The notes: generated from the letters alone by a model not told the origin. Shown: positions 10,603 through 17,572, counted from the stretch's first letter. The stretch is DNA of 20,229 nucleotides from a virus (IMGVR_UViG_2609459769_000010), one strand, 5' to 3'. Translations and numbers: made by a program.

Positions 10603-12024
10603 TACTCAATCCTTATCTGAGCGCCAGACAGAGTGACAGGTGACTTCGTGATAACGCGCAATTTGAAGCCAACATTTTTCCTGATGCGCCCTACCCGCTT
10701 CCACAAAACGCGTTTGTCGTAAACGAACGGTTCATTCTGCTCAATCATCTGCTCACGCCCGTAATTGATGCCGTCAGTGGTTGCAGAGAGAAAAAGGCGG
10801 TCAGCATACTGCGCAACTCCAGTTGAAGATTCAACCTCAAGGTCGAACACCCGGGCGTTATCCGCTTTGAACAACGGAGTAAACAGCAGGTGTTCCTGTT
10901 GAAGCCCATACTGGCTGCTGATATCGAACTGCAATTTCCCGGTCACCGATTCCAGCTTATCGCCGCACGTTATTTGATTGCCTTCGTAAATGAAGTCGAT
11001 AGCGCGGTACACATCGTCATACAGGCCTGTTTTCAACACACACCATTGCGGACCATTGGCGCTTGAAGATGCGTCGTATACGAGGACATGGCGCGGAAGA
11101 TGGATAATCAGCAACTCATGCGCATCAAACCGCAACGATTCCATCACACCATCAGCCAGTTCATCAGCAGTGTAGGAGCGGAGGATTTTCTCAATGCTCG
11201 CGCTGGCGATTGGTGACACCTGACCGGAGCCGATGATGTATACAGATGGCGCACCCGTTGCCGGATTGCTGATGAACGCATACGAATCAGCAAACGGCGT
11301 TTTGCAGTAAGTCCCGGCGATGCCTTTTTGCACCATCAGTGATGGCTGTGCGACATACAAAGCAGCACCAACGGTGGTTGCGCCAGTCAGGGAGAAATAT
11401 TCAATAGTCGATGAACCAAAGCAGACGATGAAGTCTCGCCATGTCCCGATACCGATGATGCCGTCCGGCTGAGACTCGGCACGATATTGTGCGCTGTAAC
11501 GGTCAGGATGCGATTCGTCTTCAAGGTCAGTGATAAACCATGAATCAGTGCCGTCTTTTGACCACGCATAACGCCCACGTAAGCGCGTAATGTCACGAAC
11601 CGAACCTAACTCATACTGAGTGAATCCGCTGTCTGTAGGCCAGTTTGAGACTGTTTTAACCGTGCCATCATAGCGATACTCGACCAGTTGACCATTAACA
11701 CCTACCGCCTGTGATGTCCGACCATGCGCCATTGATACACGACCACTTCCGGCAACATCACCGACTTCACTTTCTCCTTTGTACAGCTTGCCGCCACACA
11801 CGCGATAAACAGCACTCTGCGCCATGTTGTACTCAACTCCGCGCGATACGCCGTTCACATCAGAACGTTTGGCAATGCCCGGGAATGAGCGAAGATAGTC
11901 TGTAAACACCAACAAGGCGCTCTGCGAACGCCCTGTTATTTGCTGCGGCTACCACTAATCCCTCAGGTGAATCAGGGTGTCGAATCTCTTCTTTTTCCTG
12001 GTATTTCTTACGACGTTTTGTCAT
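10602..12024 (-). pseudogene. P22 gp10-like tail hub/head-completion gene, reading frame interrupted (two frames)
   Basis: The 437-aa gp10-like frame (10602..11915) has no ATG; an in-frame TAG lies at 11949-11951. A strong AGGAG RBS plus ATG at 12024 opens a second frame (MTKRRKKYQEKEEIRHPDSPEGL...) that stops at 11860, overlapping the first. Span from 12024 to the gp10-like stop is ~473 codons, close to the P22 gp10 length (~472 aa, recalled). Frameshifted gene, sequencing indel or deletion fusion are all possible. Confidence 0.5.
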
Positions 12025-12058
12025 AATTACTCCTGTGGATTGATCCAGTCTTTCTACA

Positions 12059-12337
12059 TCAGGCCTCAAAACTGTTGCAGCAGTCTTGAGGCTTTTCTTT
12101 TGTCAGCACCATGGCTACTTTCTTTGCCAGCTCCGCTAATTCCTCGTCTTCAACACCCCACTCCAGCACAGCCAGAAGCATGGCCATCTTTGGGATAAAG
12201 CTGTCTTTCCATCGCGAAATTTGCGATTCATTAATCCCTAACGCGTCGGCAACCTTTCGCTGACCACGTACAGCAATTCGATTCAGGATGTTGCTTGTAA
12301 TTGCATTCGCTTTCTTGCGAGTACTTGTAAGTTGCAT
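12059..12337 (-). CDS. cII: Transcriptional activator CII
   Basis: 92-aa product (MQLTSTRKK...SQISRWK...MLLAVLEWGV) aligns with lambda CII (QISRWK, MLLAVLEWGV). The 5' leader ...TTATCTAAGGAAATACTTACATATG is essentially the lambda cII leader. Confidence 0.85.
   Translation of the reverse strand: MQLTSTRKKANAITSNILNRIAVRGQRKVADALGINESQISRWKDSFIPKMAMLLAVLEWGVEDEELAELAKKVAMVLTKEKPQDCCNSFEA
12291..12330 (+). promoter_or_regulatory. Candidate CII-dependent promoter (pRE-like) TTGC-N6-TTGC motifs
   Basis: On the + strand inside the 5' end of cII: TTGCTTGTAATTGC (perfect TTGC-N6-TTGC) and TTGCGAGTACTTGT. Lambda pRE sits in the same place and orientation. Confidence 0.3.
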
Positions 12338-12416
12338 ATGTAAGTATTTCCTTAGATAACAATTGATTGAATGTATGCAAATAAATGCATACACCATAGG
12401 TGTGGTTTAACTTGAT

Positions 12417-12446
12417 GCCCTTTTTCAGGGCTGGGATGTGTAAGAG
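12417..12446 (-). promoter_or_regulatory. nutR (boxA + boxB) N-utilisation site
   Basis: - strand reads GCTCTTACACATCCCA-GCCCTGAAAAAGGGC: boxA-like GCTCTTACA and a boxB hairpin identical to lambda nutR boxB. Lies between cro and cII. Confidence 0.8.
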
Positions 12447-12456
12447 CTGGAATGTC

Positions 12457-12672
12457 TTAAGCGGCTTTGTGTTCCGGCGGGAACACGTCATCAAGACTGA
12501 CTTTTGCGCCTAACTTGTTTAGGCACTCAACAAGAGCACGGCATGTTTTAAGGTCTGGGAAGCGACGACCAGATTCCCAATGTCCGATAGCTCCCTGTGT
12601 GCATCCAACTGCCTTAGCAAGTGTTGTTTGAGAGATATTCAGTGACTCTCGATATTTTCGTAGGTTGCTCAT
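12457..12672 (-). CDS. cro: Cro-like repressor (HTH, XRE family)
   Basis: 71-aa product MSNLRKYRESLNISQTTLAKAVGCTQGAIGHWESGRRFP..., with GGAGGG RBS. Divergent from cI, first gene of the pR transcript. Its recognition-helix motif TQG-IGHW..G.R.P is shared with the cI N-terminal domain. Confidence 0.75.
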   Translation of the reverse strand: MSNLRKYRESLNISQTTLAKAVGCTQGAIGHWESGRRFPDLKTCRALVECLNKLGAKVSLDDVFPPEHKAA

Positions 12673-12698
12673 ATGCCCTCCATAGTAACCATGAAGCA

Positions 12699-12727
12699 AT
12701 AATACGATATGTACTTTTAGAATGCAA
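12699..12727 (-). promoter_or_regulatory. pR promoter with embedded operator (oR1-like)
   Basis: - strand reads TTGCAT - 17 nt (TCTAAAAGTACATATCG) - TATTAT. The spacer and -10 contain AAAGTACATATCGTATTAT, almost the same as the element in pL. Confidence 0.55.
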
Positions 12728-12783
12728 ACAAAAAATACATCTTGTGCATGGATGATTTTAGTACAGAGCGTAATAATAAGGGT

Positions 12784-13443
12784 ATGAAAATGAAATGGTA
12801 TGAACTGGCTAGATCCAGAATGAAAGAGCTCGGCATAACTCAAGAGAAGTTAGCTGAAGAGCTTGGTATGACGCAGGGTGGAATTGGTCACTGGTTGCGC
12901 GGATCTCGTCATCCATCTCTTGACGAGATTGGTGTGGTGTTTAAATACCTTGGTATTGATAACGTCTCATTCAACCACGACGGTACATTTTCACCTGTTG
13001 GCGAATACTCATCTGCCCCCGTTAAAAAACAATATGAGTACCCTGTTTTTTCTCATGTTCAGGCCGGGATGTTCTCGCCTGAGCTTAGAACCTTTACCAA
13101 AGGTGATGCGGAGAGATGGGTCAGCACAACCAAAAAAGCCAGTGATTGTGCGTTCTGGCTTGAAGTTGAAGGTAATTCCATGACCGCGCCAACAGGATCC
13201 AAGCCAAGCTTTCCTGACGGGATGTTAATTCTCGTTGACCCTGAGCAGGCTGTTGAGCCAGGTGATTTCTGCATAGCCAGACTTGGTGGTGACGAGTTTA
13301 CCTTCAAGAAACTGATCAGGGATAGCGGTCAGGTGTTCCTACAGCCACTAAACCCGCAATATCCAATGATTCCATGCAATGATAGCTGTTTCGTAGTAGG
13401 GAAAGTTATCGCCAGCCAGTGGCCTGAAGAGACATTTAGTTAA
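12784..13443 (+). CDS. cI: CI repressor (S24 peptidase/LexA-like C-terminal domain; distinct N-terminal HTH domain)
   Basis: C-terminal ~130 aa ([115 protein letters not shown]...) nearly identical to lambda CI as recalled. N-terminal ~90 aa HTH domain is unlike lambda CI. Start chosen at ATG 12784 (MKMKWYEL...); the upstream TTG/ATG at 12742/12748 are alternatives. Confidence 0.85.
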   Translation: MKMKWYELARSRMKELGITQEKLAEELGMTQGGIGHWLRGSRHPSLDEIGVVFKYLGIDNVSFNHDGTFSPVGEYSSAPVKKQYEYPVFSHVQAGMFSPELRTFTKGDAERWVSTTKKASDCAFWLEVEGNSMTAPTGSKPSFPDGMLILVDPEQAVEPGDFCIARLGGDEFTFKKLIRDSGQVFLQPLNPQYPMIPCNDSCFVVGKVIASQWPEETFS

Positions 13444-13475
13444 CAGCCTCACAACTCTAAAACACACAACAATAA

Positions 13476-13505
13476 CCCGACCTTAGCGTCGGGTTTTCTT
13501 TTTCC
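13476..13505 (+). terminator. Rho-independent terminator after cI
   Basis: CCCGAC-CTTAGC-GTCGGG hairpin followed by TTTTCTTTTT. Confidence 0.55.
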
Positions 13506-13568
13506 AAAATATAAACCTATTAAATACAAAGCGTTATAAAAAACTAATTATATTTAGAACATTTTGTA

Positions 13569-13597
13569 TTGACTCGATAAAGTACAAATCGTACTAT
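13569..13597 (+). promoter_or_regulatory. pL promoter with embedded operator (oL1-like)
   Basis: TTGACT - 17 nt (CGATAAAGTACAAATCG) - TACTAT. Contains the inverted repeat AGTAC-AAATC-GTACT and matches the pR element (consensus AAGTACAWATCGTAYTAT). Confidence 0.55.
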
Positions 13598-13636
13598 TTA
13601 GCCATCAGCAGGACGTACTAACCACCATGAAGGTGA

Positions 13637-13667
13637 TGCTCTTAAAAATTTAGCCCTGAAGAAGGGC
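13637..13667 (+). promoter_or_regulatory. nutL (boxA + boxB)
   Basis: TGCTCTTAAAAATTTA-GCCCTGAAGAAGGGC: boxA-like plus the exact lambda nutL boxB hairpin, upstream of N. Confidence 0.85.
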
Positions 13668-13777
13668 AGCATTCAAAGCAGAAGGCTTTGAGTAGCGCGA
13701 AATGCAGCTGCAAGACAGCAACCGTGGAGATAAGCATCACGGCGCGTTACTCAAAGCTAACTGACAGGAGAATCCAG

Positions 13778-14104
13778 ATGGATGCACAAACACGCCGCCG
13801 CGAACGTCGCGCAGAGAAACAGGCTCAATGGAAAGCAGCAAATCCCCTGTTGGTTGGGGTAAGCGCAAAACCAGTTAACCGCCCTATTCTCTCGCTGAAT
13901 CGCAAACCGAAATCACGAGTAGAAAGCGCACTGAATCCGATAGACCTTACGGTGCTGGCTGAATACCACGAACAGATTGAAAGCAACCTGCAACGTATTG
14001 AGCGCAAGAATCAGCGCACATGGTACAGCAAGCCACGCAGTGAAATGGGGGTGACTTGTGTTGGTCGCCAGAAAATGAAATTAGGCAGCAAACCACTTAT
14101 TTGA
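13778..14104 (+). CDS. N: Antitermination protein N
   Basis: 108-aa product MDAQTRRRERRAEKQAQWKAANPLLVGVSAKPVNRPILSLNRKPKSRVESALNPIDLTVLAEYH..., near-identical to lambda N over most of its length. AGGAG RBS. Confidence 0.9.
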   Translation: MDAQTRRRERRAEKQAQWKAANPLLVGVSAKPVNRPILSLNRKPKSRVESALNPIDLTVLAEYHEQIESNLQRIERKNQRTWYSKPRSEMGVTCVGRQKMKLGSKPLI

Positions 14105-14114
14105 GGACTGATAC

Positions 14115-14357
14115 ATGAGAGTAAAAACTATGGGCGCAAGCCCATTAAGTGGTCGTATTTTTCAAGGAACATTAAACACTGAAAAAGGAATGTGGGTAGG
14201 AAAGAGAGAAGATGTCACCGATCAGGCAGTGAGGGCAGTAGCCGAACACATGATGATAAAAGACCAGAAATATGCATACGAAACGAAGGATGGCAAATGG
14301 CTGATAATAAGTCATCAACTGGTTGATAAATTACCAGAAGAGTTTGTTGATGGTTAA
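14115..14357 (+). CDS. Hypothetical protein (80 aa), early-left cargo gene
   Basis: ORF with GAGGA RBS directly after N. AT-rich. No recognisable motif. Confidence 0.5.
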   Translation: MRVKTMGASPLSGRIFQGTLNTEKGMWVGKREDVTDQAVRAVAEHMMIKDQKYAYETKDGKWLIISHQLVDKLPEEFVDG

Positions 14358-14414
14358 ATTTGCTTTGGAATAAGCAACAGAATAAACACTGCACTGAATT
14401 ATTTGAGGTGAGAT

Positions 14415-14885
14415 ATGACAAAATCATGGAGCGTACCTTTTCCTGAATCAGAAACTGAACATGATGGAATGCCTGTTTTCTGGAGATTCCAAGCGACAGT
14501 TGAAGAAGATGGAATCAAAATATTCGCACTTCAATATATAGCTTTTCATCAGACAGAGCATTATGCATGGTTGGTTCCTGCGCATTGGATTGTTGATTTT
14601 AAACCAGCACCAAATCAGTGGTTACAGGAATGGAAACAAAGGAGAAATAGATATGCAATTAAGAAAGTAGCAAAAAAGGCAGAAAGATCTTTTGCGTTCC
14701 CGACGAAGAAACTTGCCATTGAAAGTTTATTGCGCCGGAAGAAATACCATTTGATGAGAATCAAACAAGATTTGGCTGTTGTATCAACTCTTGTTGATGG
14801 GATGAAGAATATTGATACATCAACACCAGATATTGAATATAACTTTGGACACAACCAAGAAACAGAAAATTGGGTATTTTATTAG
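14415..14885 (+). CDS. Hypothetical protein (156 aa), early-left cargo gene
   Basis: ORF with GAGGTGAGAT RBS. AT-rich, basic Lys/Arg-rich central segment. Followed by a strong terminator. No recognisable motif. Confidence 0.55.
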   Translation: MTKSWSVPFPESETEHDGMPVFWRFQATVEEDGIKIFALQYIAFHQTEHYAWLVPAHWIVDFKPAPNQWLQEWKQRRNRYAIKKVAKKAERSFAFPTKKLAIESLLRRKKYHLMRIKQDLAVVSTLVDGMKNIDTSTPDIEYNFGHNQETENWVFY

Positions 14886-14989
14886 TACGAATAAGCACTG
14901 TGTATTCATTCCAACGAGTGAATACACGGAGCAATGTCGCTCGTAACTAAACAGGAGCCGACTTGTTCTGATTATTGGAAATCTTCTTT

Positions 14990-15017
14990 GCCCTCCAATG
15001 TGAGGGCAGTTTTTTTT
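14990..15017 (+). terminator. Rho-independent terminator (tL-like)
   Basis: GCCCTC-CAATGT-GAGGGC hairpin followed by AGTTTTTTTT. Confidence 0.65.
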
Positions 15018-15030
15018 GACGGAGTAAACG

Positions 15031-15279
15031 ATGATAAAAACTGATTACCCTGCAGAGCTTAAACAAAAAGTAATAACAGCAATTAAATGCTCTTTTATCT
15101 CATGTCGTACAGATGAAGAACGATATGTCGTTGAGTGTGCAATTGTCGAGTTTCTCACAGCGATGGAATTTACCGCTGCAGAATCAATAGATGTATTAAA
15201 GCAATCAGACGGAAATGATATTGAAACGGATGATGTTATTGACCGACTAATAAAATCATTCGAAGAAGAAATAGAGTAG
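15031..15279 (+). CDS. Small acidic hypothetical protein (82 aa)
   Basis: ORF with GGAG RBS. Highly acidic (many D/E, C-terminus EEEIE). Sits just upstream of the cIII-like gene. Confidence 0.5.
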   Translation: MIKTDYPAELKQKVITAIKCSFISCRTDEERYVVECAIVEFLTAMEFTAAESIDVLKQSDGNDIETDDVIDRLIKSFEEEIE

Positions 15280-15362
15280 CCGCCTGAGCGCGGCTTTACC
15301 GCATACCAATAATGCTTCACGAGAGGCATTTTCGTTATGCAATCAAATATAAGGAGTTACCC

Positions 15363-15497
15363 ATGATGCACTTTCAGCTCGCGGGTAGCGGCGTCATGTC
15401 CGCTTTCTACCCGCACGAATCTGAATTATCACGCCGAGTTAAACAATTAATCAGAGCAGCAAAGAAACAACTGGAGGCGTTATGCGCAATGAAATAG
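15363..15497 (+). CDS. cIII: CIII-like protease (FtsH) inhibitor
   Basis: 44-aa product MMHFQLAGSGVMSAFYPHESELSRRVKQLIRAAKKQLEAL... resembles lambda CIII (AIAGWPVAG...PSESLLERITRKLRDGWKRLIDIL). AAGGAG RBS. Position between N and kil. Confidence 0.55.
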   Translation: MMHFQLAGSGVMSAFYPHESELSRRVKQLIRAAKKQLEALCAMK

Positions 15498-15634
15498 CCA
15501 TCAATCACCAGATGCTTCGTGCTGCACAAAACAAAGCAGTAATAGCCAGATTTATTGGTGATTCCAAAATGTGGCTTGAAGCAAATAAAGCGATGAAATC
15601 AGCTATCAACCTTCCGTGGTATCGCAGGAAATGA
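15482..15634 (+). CDS. kil: Kil-like host-killing (FtsZ-inhibiting) protein
   Basis: 50-aa ORF overlapping the cIII-like 3' end (below the ORF-track size cutoff): MRNEIAINHQMLRAAQNKAVIARFIGDSKMW... The IA.FIGD.KM motif and the position immediately after cIII fit lambda Kil as recalled. Confidence 0.45.
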   Translation: MRNEIAINHQMLRAAQNKAVIARFIGDSKMWLEANKAMKSAINLPWYRRK

Positions 15635-15709
15635 GTTTTACAGATAACTGGTCAGACGAAGAATTCATTCGTCAGATGAAAGATTTAATCGGTAACGAAG
15701 GAGATATTC

Positions 15710-15880
15710 ATGCCACTTGCAACCACAGTGAAGGAGAGCAAGTTACAGAGACGCATGTACACGCAGCAGGCGTTAATGTATCGCAAGAAGGGAGATCGTG
15801 AAGGTGTTCGCGTATTTTTAAATGCGGCAAAGACCGAAGTATTAAACCAGCGTTATTTCCTTGGGCCATGTCCATTCTGA
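15710..15880 (+). CDS. Small basic protein (56 aa) immediately upstream of the annealing-protein gene (position analogous to P22 arf)
   Basis: ATG preceded by AAGGAG at 7-nt spacing; product MPLATTVKESKLQRRMYTQQALMYRKKGDREGVRVFLNAAKTEVLNQRYFLGPCPF. An overlapping alternative frame (15631..15801) starts as ATGA coupled to the kil stop; which one is translated cannot be resolved by eye. Confidence 0.3.
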   Translation: MPLATTVKESKLQRRMYTQQALMYRKKGDREGVRVFLNAAKTEVLNQRYFLGPCPF

Positions 15881-15888
15881 GGTGAATT

Positions 15889-16596
15889 ATGGATTTGAAC
15901 AAATTCGATGAGCCATTCAGCCCTGAAGATATCGAATGGCGAATACAGCAAAGCGGTAAAACACGCGATGGAAAGGTGTGGGCTATGGTGCTGGCTTATG
16001 TCACGAACAGAGCAATCATGAAACGCCTGGACGATGTTTGCGGCAAAGCAGGATGGCGCAATGAATACCGCGATATTCCCAACAACGGAGGCGTTGAATG
16101 CGGCATATCAATCAGGATTGATTCCGAATGGGTAACCAAATGGGATGCTGCTGAAAACACGCAGGTAGAAGCCGTCAAAGGTGGTCGTTCAGGTGCAATG
16201 AAGCGTGCTGCCGTTCAGTGGGGAATCGGTCGGTATCTGTATAACCTTGAGGAAGGTTTCGCACAAACATCTCTCGATAAAAAGCAGGGATGGCACAGGG
16301 CAAAACTCAAGGATGGAACAGGATTTTACTGGCTCCCTCCATCGCTGCCGGGATGGGCAATCCCAGCATCAGATAACAAACCATCACCAGAAAATACCAA
16401 CCAGAAATCTCCATCGGTTGACTGCGAGCAAATCCTGAAAGACTTCAGCGATTATGCATCAACAGAAACTGACAAGAAAAAACTCATCGAGCGTTATCAG
16501 CGTGACTGGCAATTAATGGCTGGCAACGAGGAGGCGCAGGCTAAATGCGTCCAGGTAATGAACATCAGAGTTAACGAACTAAAACAGGCGGCATAA
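15889..16596 (+). CDS. Rad52/Sak-type single-strand annealing protein (phage recombinase)
   Basis: 235 aa with GAGGTG RBS. Conserved core ...AMVLAYVTNRAIMKRLDDVCGKAGW...AMKRAAVQWGIGRYLYNL... typical of phage Rad52/22-family annealing proteins. Sits directly upstream of ssb. Confidence 0.75.
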   Translation: MDLNKFDEPFSPEDIEWRIQQSGKTRDGKVWAMVLAYVTNRAIMKRLDDVCGKAGWRNEYRDIPNNGGVECGISIRIDSEWVTKWDAAENTQVEAVKGGRSGAMKRAAVQWGIGRYLYNLEEGFAQTSLDKKQGWHRAKLKDGTGFYWLPPSLPGWAIPASDNKPSPENTNQKSPSVDCEQILKDFSDYASTETDKKKLIERYQRDWQLMAGNEEAQAKCVQVMNIRVNELKQAA

Positions 16597-17070
16597 ATGG
16601 GAAGTAGAGGCGTAAATAAGGTGATCATTATTGGTCGCCTTGGGCATGATCCAGAAATCAGATATTCACCATCAGGAACGGCATTTGCAAACCTTACAGT
16701 TGCTACGTCAGAACAATGGCGTGATAAGCAAACTGGAGAGCAAAAGGAGCAGACGGAGTGGCACCGTGTGGTAATGAGCGGGAAACTGGCAGAAATTGCC
16801 AGCGAATATCTGCGAAAAGGCTCTGAGGTTTATCTTGAAGGCAAATTGCGGACAAGAAAATGGCAGGATCAAAGCGGACAGGATCGGTTCACTACCGAAG
16901 TTATCGTGGGCGTTGGTGGAACCATGCAAATGCTTGGTGGCAAGCAAGGAGGCAATGAACAGTCTTCACCTCAGCGAAATAACGGCCAGCAACAAAGACA
17001 GCAATCTCAGCAGCATGGGAATCACAGCGAACCACCTATGAACTTCGACGATTCGGATATTCCGTTCTAG
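16597..17070 (+). CDS. ssb: Single-stranded DNA-binding protein
   Basis: 157 aa. OB-fold N-terminus ([36 protein letters not shown]...TEWHRVV), Gly/Gln-rich linker and acidic C-terminal tail DDSDIPF. Confidence 0.92.
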   Translation: MGSRGVNKVIIIGRLGHDPEIRYSPSGTAFANLTVATSEQWRDKQTGEQKEQTEWHRVVMSGKLAEIASEYLRKGSEVYLEGKLRTRKWQDQSGQDRFTTEVIVGVGGTMQMLGGKQGGNEQSSPQRNNGQQQRQQSQQHGNHSEPPMNFDDSDIPF

Positions 17071-17079
17071 GAGCTGAAT

Positions 17080-17559
17080 ATGAAAATCTGCTCAAGATGC
17101 CATCAACAGAAGGAAGAAAGGGACTTTCAAATCAGAAGAGCATCCAGAGATGGATTAACTGCCGCTTGCCGGGCTTGCCTGGCTGAATACGACAAAGAAC
17201 GCGCTGGATTGCCACATCGAGTATCAGCAAGGAGAGAATATCAATCATCGGAACGCGGAAGAGAACGGTGTAACGCAGCCAAAAAGCGGTTCATTCAGAG
17301 CAACCCATGGAAAAGAAAAGCGCACATCATTGTGGGTAATTTTTTGCGCGACGGTAAGCTAATCCGACCACCACAATGTGAGTGCTGCGGATCAGAATGT
17401 AAACCACAGGCGCACCACTGCGACTACAGCAAACCAACCGATGTGATGTGGCTCTGCAAGTCATGTCATGTCGAGTGGCACAAACATAACAAACCTATCT
17501 ACCCAGACGAGGAACCAGTAACTCTCCCCTTCCCTCGTCACGCTATTCACGCAATTTAA
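17080..17559 (+). CDS. Cys-rich zinc-finger / HNH-like endonuclease family protein
   Basis: 159 aa with AGGAG RBS. CxxC...CxxC at the N-terminus and C-terminal CECCGSEC...AHHCDY...WLCKSCHVEWH (His-Asn-His-like metal-binding motif). Confidence 0.5.
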   Translation: MKICSRCHQQKEERDFQIRRASRDGLTAACRACLAEYDKERAGLPHRVSARREYQSSERGRERCNAAKKRFIQSNPWKRKAHIIVGNFLRDGKLIRPPQCECCGSECKPQAHHCDYSKPTDVMWLCKSCHVEWHKHNKPIYPDEEPVTLPFPRHAIHAI

Positions 17560-17572
17560 TCAGGAGAAAACC

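Noticed and set aside
11860-12024. Alternative reading: frame A is the 5' remnant of a replication gene (O/gene 18-like) fused by deletion to a 5'-truncated gp10
   Set aside because: Not excluded, but the combined length matching full-length gp10 makes a frameshift within an otherwise complete gp10 gene the simpler reading. Needs an alignment to decide.
12231-12494. 87-aa - strand ORF spanning the cro-cII intergenic region
   Set aside because: Runs through the nutR hairpin and the cII leader in a different frame from cII. The lambda-like layout explains this region.
12673-12843. N-terminal extension of the cro ORF (128-aa ORF-track call 12457..12843)
   Set aside because: The extension covers the operator/promoter region and the cI start. 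A GGAGGG RBS precedes the internal ATG at 12672, giving a normal 71-aa Cro.
12878-13307. ORFs 12878..13183 (+) and 13059..13307 (-) overlapping cI
   Set aside because: Alternative frame or antisense of the strongly supported cI gene.
13688-13777. Upstream extension of the N ORF (MSSAKCSCKT...)
   Set aside because: The extension overlaps nutL. ATG 13778 with AGGAG RBS gives a product that aligns with lambda N from its first residue.
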